A stretch of 18,219 bases of DNA, from positions 1-18,219 of the forward strand of contig JBBDRO010000098.1 in the NCBI GenBank assembly GCA_040905425.1. Direction: 5' to 3'. Positions 1-7,974 of the stretch are shown here, piece by piece. Positions within the stretch are counted from its first letter, which is position 1, and the number at the start of each line of letters is the position of its first letter. Under the pieces are notes generated by a model. It saw only the letters and a list, made by a program, of their open reading frames with translations. It was not told the DNA's origin and did no database searches. Source of the stretch: Gemmatimonadota bacterium. Lineage in GTDB: Bacteria > Gemmatimonadota > Gemmatimonadetes > Longimicrobiales > RSA9. Both the position numbers and the translations under genes were made by a program.

Positions 1-1
1 A

Positions 2-1351
2 TTTAACCTACCCCCCCCCCCCCCCCCCCTCGTAGCGGTAGCTCTACTCATCCTTCCGATGGCACTCGCCGCGTGTAACGACCACGCGGTGACGGGAAAC
101 GAGCCCGTCCGGCCTGCCTCGCTTCAGGTCGAGGAAGAAATCCAACGCCGCCCTGGTGAGTGGCTGCTCTGGGAGATGGCCTCTCGTATTCCCGATTTCT
201 CCGGCGTTCATCGTGGTGCCGAAGGTGAGATGGTGGTCACGATTCGCCGCGGGTCGGATCCAGCTGGAGTGCTCTCGACTCTTAATTCTCTCCTGACGGA
301 AGCGCGCTCCGGAACGCAGGGTACGGATTTTCGCCAGGATCGAACGACGATACTGGAGGTCGATTATTCGTTTACAGAACTCGCCGCCTGGCGAGATGTG
401 ATCACTGGACCCACCCTTCAAACCGGCCAGGTCGCGATGATCGATCTTGATGAGCGAGCAAATCGGCTTGTGGTTTACGTTTATGATGGAAGTGCAATGC
501 CGACGCTCCAGGCGATTGCCACTGCGGAGGGCGTTCCCGGCGACGCCGTTGAGGTCGAGGTGACCTCACGGATCCGTGATATGGCCGACCTCACGGATCA
601 GTTCAGCGAGATGACGGGAGGTATACAGGTCTACAATACGACGGTGGCGAACCCCTGCACGCTCGGATTCACGGGGTGGTGGAAGGATATTGATGCGGAT
701 CCCGAAGAAGATCTGCAACGGGTCGTCGTCGTCAACTCTCATTGTACGAAGGTGCGAGGAGGAGGCAGCGACGGTTCGACCCAGTATCAGGACAGCACCC
801 CTCGAGACATCGGTATCGAGGTGGAAGACCCTGCCTTTTTCTCTGATACTGGAGATCCGGCCTGTGCGTCTCCAAAGCGTTGTCGCTACAGCGATGCTGC
901 CGTGATCGCGCTTGATGGATCGATCGATTGGGACTTCGGAACGATTGCTCGCACCCAATCGAATGGCCAATGGACGGGCTCTACGACGATTTCGACGCAA
1001 ACTCCGAGCTTCACGGTTACCGGCAATGCGGACATTATCATGCAGGGAGACACCCTGCACAAGATGGGTCGAACTACCGGCTGGACTACGGGCGATGTCG
1101 ACAAAACCTGTGTGGACATCCAGGCGCCGAACACCAACATCACCTATTTGTGTCAGCATGAAGTCACCGCAGGCGTAGGTAATAGTGACAGCGGATCGCC
1201 GGTGTTCTCGTGGCCCGACGACCAGGAATCTGAAGTGTTATTGCATGGGATTCTCTGGGCTGGCTTGGATGATGGCCAAAATAGTTATTACATCTTCAGT
1301 CCAATCGGAGGCATCGAGTTTGATGTAGACCCCATCCAAACTTGGAATTGA
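2..1351 (+). CDS. Secreted S1 (chymotrypsin-like / alpha-lytic-type) serine protease lipoprotein with N-terminal pro-region; 5' end probably outside the window
   Basis: Motifs NPCTLGF, VNSHC (His), YSDAA (Asp), KMGRTTGWTTG and NSDSGSPV (Ser). The frame is open from base 2 and reads FNLPPPPPPLVAVALLILPMALAAC, a hydrophobic h-region plus LAAC lipobox, so the ATG at 59 is probably internal to the signal peptide. Confidence 0.85.
   Translation, partial: FNLPPPPPPLVAVALLILPMALAACNDHAVTGNEPVRPASLQVEEEIQRRPGEWLLWEMASRIPDFSGVHRGAEGEMVVTIRRGSDPAGVLSTLNSLLTEARSGTQGTDFRQDRTTILEVDYSFTELAAWRDVITGPTLQTGQVAMIDLDERANRLVVYVYDGSAMPTLQAIATAEGVPGDAVEVEVTSRIRDMADLTDQFSEMTGGIQVYNTTVANPCTLGFTGWWKDIDADPEEDLQRVVVVNSHCTKVRGGGSDGSTQYQDSTPRDIGIEVEDPAFFSDTGDPACASPKRCRYSDAAVIALDGSIDWDFGTIARTQSNGQWTGSTTISTQTPSFTVTGNADIIMQGDTLHKMGRTTGWTTGDVDKTCVDIQAPNTNITYLCQHEVTAGVGNSDSGSPVFSWPDDQESEVLLHGILWAGLDDGQNSYYIFSPIGGIEFDVDPIQTWN
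11..29 (+). repeat. Poly-C homopolymer (19 C)
   Basis: Read directly; lies just upstream of the hydrophobic signal segment of the protease, in the same open frame. Confidence 0.9.
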
Positions 1352-1362
1352 GGGATACGAGC

Positions 1363-1920
1363 ATGCCTTGGAGCAGGATAGCGATGATCGAGAATCACCG
1401 TGGTGTAGCCATCAGGTGGCTGTGCGCTACGTGCGTTATGCTTCTCGGAAGCGGGTGCTCGCCGACGGATGTCGAGGAGGCCTTCGAGATCCAAACGGAC
1501 AGCACGGAGTACGAGCTACGGCACGAGGGTGGGCTGTACTGGGTGAACGTAGAAGTGCGGGTGACCAATCCACTGGATCGGACCGTGTTTCTTCACCGCC
1601 AGTGCGGGTACGGCGATCACCCATCCAGCCGACTGCGTCGGGCCGACGGTGACTCGACCTCAATTTCGTTAGGGAGGAGTTTCTGTGAGACGCAGCAGCT
1701 GCGTGAGCCAATCCCGGTCGGGAGTGGAGCAACCTACGTAGACGAGGTCCAGCTACTGAGTCCGGAATCATCGAGTGCCGATACCATGGAACTGCGCACC
1801 GGAAAGTTCGTGTTGGTCTACGACATTCAATTGACCGATGCAGTGGAGGGGTGGGGGCCGGTGGACCCGTTGTCTCCACAACGGACAACCTCGAACCCCT
1901 TTGTCGTGCTTCCGCCTTGA
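1363..1920 (+). CDS. Hypothetical lipoprotein, beta-rich (Ig-like?), co-transcribed with the protease
   Basis: ATG at 1363 follows GAGGGA, 11 bp after the protease stop. Hydrophobic stretch ends in LGSGC; alternating beta pattern (YWVNVEVRVTN, GKFVLVY). An alternative start at 1384 is possible. Confidence 0.7.
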   Translation: MPWSRIAMIENHRGVAIRWLCATCVMLLGSGCSPTDVEEAFEIQTDSTEYELRHEGGLYWVNVEVRVTNPLDRTVFLHRQCGYGDHPSSRLRRADGDSTSISLGRSFCETQQLREPIPVGSGATYVDEVQLLSPESSSADTMELRTGKFVLVYDIQLTDAVEGWGPVDPLSPQRTTSNPFVVLPP

Positions 1921-2004
1921 TGATCCGGGACCGCTTGATGTCCCATGAGGAGCGGAGGTCGGAGCCTTTCACGGTTCAAGCGCATTAAGACGCTAGCCTG
2001 ATCA

Positions 2005-2052
2005 AGCGACGAACGCCGCGGTGGCCCCGGGGGCTGCGCGGCGTTCGTCGCT
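2005..2052. repeat. REP-like palindrome / hairpin, copy 1 (possible bidirectional terminator)
   Basis: Perfect 16-bp inverted repeat AGCGACGAACGCCGCG (2005-2020) / CGCGGCGTTCGTCGCT (2037-2052) around a GCCCCGGGGGC core; near-identical to 11340-11390. Confidence 0.85.
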
Positions 2053-2261
2053 GCTACAATACGCGTCGCGGACGCGTGGAGCGCGCACGGCGGCCGGTAG
2101 AGCCGGCCCGGGGGTTGGGGGCGCGGGGCGGGGTGACGGCGTTTGGCGGGGCGGTGGACGTGGGGCGGACCCTTGGTGTGCCGCGGCGTGTGCCGGGCTG
2201 GCAATTGGGATCAAAACCACATCAGGCGGCCTCGGCAGGAGCGGTTGGGGGATTCATCGCA

Positions 2262-2289
2262 ACTATCGCGGTCACATACTGTGCGTCAA
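2262..2289 (-). promoter_or_regulatory. Putative sigma70-type promoter with palindromic operator in the spacer
   Basis: Minus strand TTGACG-N16-GATAGT; the spacer contains CACA-gta-TGTG (2273-2283). Confidence 0.4.
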
Positions 2290-2429
2290 CGCCCGTCTCA
2301 GACTTTGCCGCAAGCATTCTTGCCAGACGCGCACGCACGCCGGACCGACGTGCCTGCGGTTCTGGTAGCACAGTTCCCCCTCTGGCCGCCGAGCAGGGAC
2401 GCCGCTGCTGCCCCATCTGCCCGGTCGAA

Positions 2430-3467
2430 TCACTGCATGACGACCCCGCCCACCACGCGGCGTCTCTCGACCGGCCCGTCGAACGCCGCCGGCCACGCGC
2501 CGCTCGCGCCGTCCTCCAGGCGGAAGCGCTCGATGCCTTCCAGCCCGAGTGGCCGACCGGCCTCGAGCACCGCCGGACCGGTCACCCTATAGAACCACGC
2601 ACCGCGGTCCTCGGCGGCATGGACAGTGTACCTGCTGTCCTGGATCACCACCGAGGCGCGCTCGTCCAGACCCAGGCCGAAGACCGTGTCCCGCCCCAGC
2701 ACCTGCCGGGCCCTGGCCAGGAAGGCCAGCAGGCGGCCTTCACGGTTCCGCTCGTGGAAGTGGGAATCCACCAGCCATCCGGCCAGCTCCGGTTGCGCCA
2801 GCGGCGAGGCCGAGACGCTCACGTCACTGGCGAGCGAGTTGGCCAGCGCCGAGTCGGAGCCCACGCCTCCCTCGCGGGCGTCGAACGCCGCCTCCCCCAG
2901 CGACATCGCGCCGGCGCTCGTGCCGCCGATGGGGACGCCCCTGCCCGTTGCCACGGCCAGCGCGGCGTGCAGCTCGGTGGGCCAGTCTCCCAGGTAGTTC
3001 CACTGATTGCCGCCCGCCAGCCAGATGCCCTCGACCCCGGCCACACGGCACAGCACCGCCGGGTGGGAGCCGCTAGACGCCGTGTCCAGGCGGATCGTCG
3101 CGGCCGAGCGCGGCGCCGGCTCGGCATCCAGGCTGCCGTGGAAATAGCCGTTGTAGCTGCCGGTGCGTCCGGACGAGCGCAGGGTGAGCACATCGCCGCC
3201 CGCGGCCGCCTCCACGAAGGCGCGCGCCGCGGCTTCCACCTCGGAGGAGCCGCCCATGAGTACCACGCGGCGGGTGGCCGGGGCAGCGCGGGGGTCGAGC
3301 GAGCCGGTGATCTCGTGCGCGGCGCCGGCCGGCAGCTCGGCGCAGGACGTCGGCGGCGCCGCGTGGTCCCCTGCGGACCCGGCGCCGGGCGCGACGCACC
3401 CGAGGCCTGCCACGAGCAGCAGTATTGCGGCCGCGCCGCCGGTGCCTCGCACGCTGCGCTCGCTCAT
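2430..3467 (-). CDS. Cyanophycinase-like peptidase (S51 family, class I glutamine amidotransferase-like fold), predicted lipoprotein
   Basis: VVLMGG, IWLAGGNQ, IGGTSAGAM (nucleophile Ser), VDSHF..R.R.GRL (His) and GLDE (Glu). Signal ends in VAGLGC. The start at 3467 overlaps the upstream stop (ATGA). Confidence 0.85.
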   Translation of the reverse strand: MSERSVRGTGGAAAILLLVAGLGCVAPGAGSAGDHAAPPTSCAELPAGAAHEITGSLDPRAAPATRRVVLMGGSSEVEAAARAFVEAAAGGDVLTLRSSGRTGSYNGYFHGSLDAEPAPRSAATIRLDTASSGSHPAVLCRVAGVEGIWLAGGNQWNYLGDWPTELHAALAVATGRGVPIGGTSAGAMSLGEAAFDAREGGVGSDSALANSLASDVSVSASPLAQPELAGWLVDSHFHERNREGRLLAFLARARQVLGRDTVFGLGLDERASVVIQDSRYTVHAAEDRGAWFYRVTGPAVLEAGRPLGLEGIERFRLEDGASGAWPAAFDGPVERRRVVGGVVMQ

Positions 3468-4288
3468 CCCATCCAGACCACTGTCATGTAGGCCAGGTAG
3501 GTGGAGCCCGCGGCCACGAGCGCATTGACGAAGATCGCCGCGCCGGCCACCGCCAGCGCTGCCCCCCAGGAAATTCCGTACGCCCTGCGTAGCGCGAGCA
3601 CGAGGTAGACGGGCAGTGCCACCAGGGTGAGCATGCCAAGGCTGCCGCCGAGCGCCGCCGGCGGTACGAAGCCCAGTAACCCCGCCAGGGCCATGGCCGC
3701 GAAGCCGAAGGCGTGCAGGTGGAGCGTGAACAGCAGGTGCCTGGTGAAGCTTGCGCGCGTGCCCCACAGGAGCACGGCGTACACCGCGGCGAAGGCGGGC
3801 AGGAGGCCGACCAGGTACCAGGGCCAGATGTTCAGGAACGTCTCCCGGAACCGCTCCGCGCCCATGGCCACGTCGTCGGGGGCCTGGACCTGGATCATGC
3901 TCTCGCCCGCCGGCGTGAAGAGCGCAATGGCCAGGAAGGCCGCGCTCAGGAGCAGGTAGAGGCGGAGAGGATCGAGGTAGCGGCCGCGCCGGCCCACGAA
4001 GTACTCGCTGGTGAGGGCGCCCGGTTTCAGCAGCAGCAGGCGGAGCGTCCGCCACGTGCGGGAGTCCGCACCCAGCGCTTCCGCGAACATCTCGCGGGCC
4101 AGGTGGCGGATCGGCGGGTCGGGATCGCGCGCCTCCTGGCCGCAGGCGCCGCAGAAGCGGCCCGTGACGGCGGCGCCGCAGTTCAGGCACGCGGTCACCA
4201 CGGGAGCTGCCTCGTCAGGAGGGGCCGCAGCGCCGGTCCGTACTGATTCGCCGTCTGCTTCGAGGCTTTCGGCTGGGTGCAGCGTCAT
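3464..4288 (-). CDS. DUF3667-domain membrane protein with N-terminal zinc ribbon
   Basis: CLNCG...GRFCGACGQ, followed by TLRLLLLKPGALTSEYFVGRRGRYLDPLRLYL and several transmembrane segments. Confidence 0.85.
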   Translation of the reverse strand: MTLHPAESLEADGESVRTGAAAPPDEAAPVVTACLNCGAAVTGRFCGACGQEARDPDPPIRHLAREMFAEALGADSRTWRTLRLLLLKPGALTSEYFVGRRGRYLDPLRLYLLLSAAFLAIALFTPAGESMIQVQAPDDVAMGAERFRETFLNIWPWYLVGLLPAFAAVYAVLLWGTRASFTRHLLFTLHLHAFGFAAMALAGLLGFVPPAALGGSLGMLTLVALPVYLVLALRRAYGISWGAALAVAGAAIFVNALVAAGSTYLAYMTVVWMG

Positions 4289-4400
4289 CGATCCGGGTCG
4301 TCAGGAGCGTGGAATCTGGACTGTCTGAAGCATGAAATCCGCCTCGGAGGCCGACTTCGCGTGGTGGACGGGCCTCAGCGCATCGTTTCGTGACCCGGCA

Positions 4401-4430
4401 AAGGTAGGCCGGGCTCGCGGCCAGGGTCAA
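4401..4430 (-). promoter_or_regulatory. Putative promoter for the DUF3667-S51 peptidase operon
   Basis: Minus strand TTGACC-N18-TACCTT, about 110 bp upstream of the start at 4288. Confidence 0.45.
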
Positions 4431-4650
4431 TGATCGAGGGCGCCGTAGGGCACCTTCGGCTGGGGGCTCGCCACCGGTGTGAAATGCTCACCGGCATCGC
4501 ACGATACGTCTATCTGTCGGTTGCCGCTCCGCCCGGTCCCGCAAATGATTGGTAGTGGCTGGACATCCCACTCCGAAGCTGCGAGCCGAACGCAGGTCGG
4601 AGGGTGGCCGGTAACCTTCGACCGGTGTGACCCCGGAGAAAGCGCGAGAC

Positions 4651-5616
4651 ATGCAGGTTCTCGTGGCCAATCAGAGGCAGGTCCTCATCGTAGACGCCGA
4701 GCGCGGAACGGTGACGATCGCCGGCGGTCTGGATGACCGTCCGACCTGCCTTGCCGCGGACGCCCTCATGCCCGGCCGGGTGTGGTGCGGGACGCGCGCG
4801 GCGGGCGTATTCCGCAGTGACGATGGCGGCGCCTCGTGGACGCTCTCCGGGCTACCGGGCCGACAGATCATGTCCCTGGCCGCGTCCGCTGAGGTGGTCT
4901 GGGCGGGCACGGAGCCGACCCAGCTCTGGCGTTCCGATGATGGCGGAGCTTCGTGGCAGCACATGGAGGGATTGGAGGCGTTGCCGTCGTCCTCGGAGTG
5001 GGCATTTCCGCCCCGCCCGGAGACGCACCACGTGCGCTGGATCACGCCGCATCCGGCAGAGCCCGAGCGGCTCTGGGTTGCCATCGAAGCCGGCGCGCTG
5101 GTGCACACACCGGACGGCGGCCGCACCTGGCGCGACCGTGTCGAGGGCAGCCCCGTGGACACCCATGAGCTGGCCATCCATCCCGCGGCGCCGGACGTTC
5201 TGCGCTCGGCCGCCGGCGACGGCTACTTCGAGAGCCACGACGCGGGCGCCACGTGGAGTCGGCCGCGCGCCGGTCTCGAGGTAGGGTACCTGCGTAGCAT
5301 CGCGATCAGTCCTGGCAGATCCGACACCGTCGTGGTCTCCGCCGCGTCCGGGCCCCGCTCCACCTATACGGCGGGGGCATCGGACGGGCGGCTGTACCGC
5401 CGCGCCGGAACCGCTGCCTGGGAGCGCGTGCGGCACGGGTGGCCTGACCCACCCGTCACCATCGCGCCCCTGCTCATCCCGGGCGCGGAGGATATCGAGA
5501 TCCTGGCCGCCGACGAGCGCGGGCTGCACGTGTCCACTGACGGCGGCGGGCGTTGGGAGCTAGCGGCCGCCTGGCCGAGCGCGCCAGACCATCTGCGCGC
5601 CCTCGTGGCGCTGTGA
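4651..5616 (+). CDS. BNR/Asp-box repeat beta-propeller protein (WD40/YVTN/BNR-like, glycosyl-hydrolase-like)
   Basis: Repeated Asp-boxes: RSDDGGASW (twice), TPDGGRTW, SHDAGATW, STDGGGRW. Start is ATG 4651 or GTG 4627. Confidence 0.85.
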   Translation: MQVLVANQRQVLIVDAERGTVTIAGGLDDRPTCLAADALMPGRVWCGTRAAGVFRSDDGGASWTLSGLPGRQIMSLAASAEVVWAGTEPTQLWRSDDGGASWQHMEGLEALPSSSEWAFPPRPETHHVRWITPHPAEPERLWVAIEAGALVHTPDGGRTWRDRVEGSPVDTHELAIHPAAPDVLRSAAGDGYFESHDAGATWSRPRAGLEVGYLRSIAISPGRSDTVVVSAASGPRSTYTAGASDGRLYRRAGTAAWERVRHGWPDPPVTIAPLLIPGAEDIEILAADERGLHVSTDGGGRWELAAAWPSAPDHLRALVAL

Positions 5617-5654
5617 CACGTAGGTCGATTGCGCGCACGGTGTGCGCAGTGCCA

Positions 5655-6836
5655 CTAGGCGCTCAACTCCCGCTCCAGCGGTGTGCGGAAGCGCGGCTTG
5701 ACGACCGTCCCGGAGAACCAGTCGGTCAGGGCTGCCGCCTCCTCCGCCACGCGCCGCTCTGCCGCCGCGCCCACGTCCTCCAGGAGGCGGTAGACCACTT
5801 CACCGTCCGGCCGTTGCGCCCATCCCCCTACGATCTGTCCATCCAGCCACACGGACGGTCCAGCGTTGCCGTTGCGGTCATAGAGCAAGGCCGCATGCGG
5901 CCCCAGGTACCAGTCCCGCTGCTTCCAGCCCATGGGGGTGGGGTCGAGCGCCGGCAACAGGGCCACGTGCGGAGACGGAGGCGGGCCCTGAGCCGTCTCC
6001 TCATCCGCGAGCAGCAGCCCGGCGCCGCCGCCATCCAGCCGCACCGGCAGCGTGTCCAGCGCGGCGGTCGCGGCGGCCGTCTGCTTCACGGTCCAGCCGG
6101 TCCACCAGCGCAGGTCTTCCAACGTGGCCGGGCCGTGCGCGGCAAGATAGCGCCGCGCGAGTTCGACGCGGGCGGGTTCCGGATCCATTGGAGCGGGCAT
6201 CGTACCGAACCACCCGTCCGCGGCGGCCCACAAGTACTGACTGGAGCGCCACGATCCCGCCGCGCGCGTCCGGACGATCCGCCCGTCCATGGCCATTAGG
6301 AAGAGGACCCGCGATGAGATGGGCGCGCGGGTGGTCCACTTGCCGGAGCCCAGGGTGACCTCGTGGCCGAGTTCCGGAATGGCGGCGCTCAGCTCCCGGG
6401 TGCTGCGCTCCGTTCCATCGGCGAGCGCCTCGGCCACGCGGGCTTCCAGCGCTGCAAGGAACGCCGGCACCCGCTCCCCGTCCATTTCGGTCCGCAACCA
6501 CCCTTCCAGCCGCTTGCGCTCCCGGCGCGCCACGTCGCGGCTCGCGGCCGCCTCGAAGACGCCGGCCTCGGCGGCGGGCACCAGGAAGAGCGTGCGGCGC
6601 ATGGCGTGGAGCCGCCAGAGCGTGCGCTCCTCGACCAGCGCCCGCTCGAGATCGGCGGTGGCGAAGTCCGGCACCCGCGCCCGGACCGCGAGATAGGGAG
6701 TCGTCGGGTCGCTGGAATGCATGGCCACTACCCCGCGCACGGCCGCGACCACGTCCGGTGCCGTGCCGTCGAGATGATGCCGCGCCACCAGGCGGGCCCG
6801 GCGCTCGGCATCGGATATGTTGAGAGGCGGACTCAT
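5655..6836 (-). CDS. AlkZ-family (HTH_42) winged-helix DNA glycosylase-like protein
   Basis: N-terminal RRARLVARHHL, AMHSSDP at the catalytic position, RLHAMRRTLF, LARRYLAAHGPATLEDLRWWTG, LLPALDP and DGQIVGGW. Confidence 0.85.
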   Translation of the reverse strand: MSPPLNISDAERRARLVARHHLDGTAPDVVAAVRGVVAMHSSDPTTPYLAVRARVPDFATADLERALVEERTLWRLHAMRRTLFLVPAAEAGVFEAAASRDVARRERKRLEGWLRTEMDGERVPAFLAALEARVAEALADGTERSTRELSAAIPELGHEVTLGSGKWTTRAPISSRVLFLMAMDGRIVRTRAAGSWRSSQYLWAAADGWFGTMPAPMDPEPARVELARRYLAAHGPATLEDLRWWTGWTVKQTAAATAALDTLPVRLDGGGAGLLLADEETAQGPPPSPHVALLPALDPTPMGWKQRDWYLGPHAALLYDRNGNAGPSVWLDGQIVGGWAQRPDGEVVYRLLEDVGAAAERRVAEEAAALTDWFSGTVVKPRFRTPLERELSA

Positions 6837-6895
6837 GGATGACGTCTGTCGGGTTCGGGTTTCTTTTGGCTCGGACCGTAGCGGGGAGCAGCGGC

Positions 6896-6924
6896 TTGAC
6901 ACAACCGAAGCATCGTCGGAGATT
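6896..6924 (+). promoter_or_regulatory. Putative promoter for the XRE-nucleotidyltransferase pair (probably leaderless)
   Basis: TTGACA (6896-6901)-N17-GAGATT (6919-6924); ATG at 6930 with no Shine-Dalgarno. Confidence 0.5.
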
Positions 6925-6929
6925 TCGTT

Positions 6930-7532
6930 ATGATCTACGATCCGGTATACAAGAACGCTTCGAGCGCGGGCGCATTACTCCGGGAAGCCCGCGACGCGGC
7001 GGGGCTATCCCAGCGCCAGCTCGCGCAGCTGGCGAATACCAGCCAATCAGCCATATCTGCCTACGAGGCGGGCGCCCGCGAACCCACCCTGCCGGTTCTG
7101 GAGCGGATGCTCAGGGCCACGGGCCACCGGCTGGGCGTGTCGCTCGTGGTCGATCCGGGCCCCTTCCGCCTGGCGGATCTGGCCGGCCAACTGGCCGCCG
7201 CGAGCGGCGACCGCAGGCGTATGCGGCTGGTGTTCGAGTTCCTCCGCGCCGCGGACGAAGACGGTCACCCTCTGCTGCTGCTGGTTGCGGGGGAACCCGC
7301 GCTCACCGGCCATGCTCGCTTCGACGCCCTGCTCGCCGCCATCGCCGAGGACCTCTGCGTCCGCGCGGGCGTCGAACCGCCGGCCTGGGTCCAAGCGCGG
7401 CATCGCTTTCTGGACGGGTTCTGGTGGGTCAGCGAGTTGCCGTCCGCTCGTGCTCGTGCGCTCGTCCACACGCCGGCGTCCTACCGGCGGCGCGGGGTGA
7501 TGCTGGATCGACACGATCTCGGGTCCGCGTGA
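6930..7532 (+). CDS. XRE-family HTH protein with C-terminal extension; putative antitoxin
   Basis: LLREARDAAGLSQRQLAQLANTSQSAISAYEAGAREPT (HTH_3/HTH_31 pattern); C-terminal PASYRRRGV; the stop overlaps the next GTG (GTGA). Confidence 0.85.
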   Translation: MIYDPVYKNASSAGALLREARDAAGLSQRQLAQLANTSQSAISAYEAGAREPTLPVLERMLRATGHRLGVSLVVDPGPFRLADLAGQLAAASGDRRRMRLVFEFLRAADEDGHPLLLLVAGEPALTGHARFDALLAAIAEDLCVRAGVEPPAWVQARHRFLDGFWWVSELPSARARALVHTPASYRRRGVMLDRHDLGSA

Positions 7533-7974
7533 CGCCCGATCGACTGCTCGATCGTGAACGCCTGCAACAGGCATTCGATCTCCTTGCGGCCAAGTTGGCG
7601 CGGCGGCGGGTGGTAGGGGAATTGCACGTCTTCGGCGGGGCGGCCATGGTCCTCACCTACGACGAGCGGGCAGCCACACGCGATGTCGATGCGCTTTTCC
7701 GTCCGGACACTGCTGTCCTCGATGCAGCACCCCGGTCTACGACCACCCGAACCTGCGCGTGCTGACCACCCCTACGGAGCACCTGCTGGCCATGAAAGTC
7801 CGGGCAGCCCGGGCGGCGCGAGACGCGGAGGACTTGCGCCTGCTGCTCAAGGCGCTGGACCTCCACGCGGTGGAGGATGTCACCCGCATCGTGGAACGCT
7901 ACTTCCCTGGTGAACCGCTCAGTGATCGATCACGGCAGCTGATCGAGGATCTGATCGCGGAGGGACGCGGTTGA
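7529..7974 (+). pseudogene. DUF6036-like nucleotidyltransferase (putative toxin), frameshifted and apparently internally deleted near 7729
   Basis: The N-half (ELHVFGGAAM...ATRDVDALF, the GG...DxD motif) reads in one frame to VLDAA. The C-half (TPVYDHPNLRVLTTPTEHLLAMKVRAARAARDAEDL) is in a different frame from 7729. Confidence 0.75.

Noticed and set aside
2310..2325. Sigma54 promoter (minus strand TGGCAAGAATGCTTGC)
   Set aside because: GG-to-GC spacing is 11 nt rather than the strictly required 10.
3468..4190. N-terminal 241-aa extension of the S51 peptidase ORF
   Set aside because: Out-of-frame overlap with the DUF3667 gene; the signal peptide and ATGA coupling place the start at 3467.
4290..4650. 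Riboswitch or small ORF in the divergent intergenic region
   Set aside because: Only an imperfect hairpin (about 4335-4359) and unconvincing ORFs; no aptamer consensus that I can recognise.
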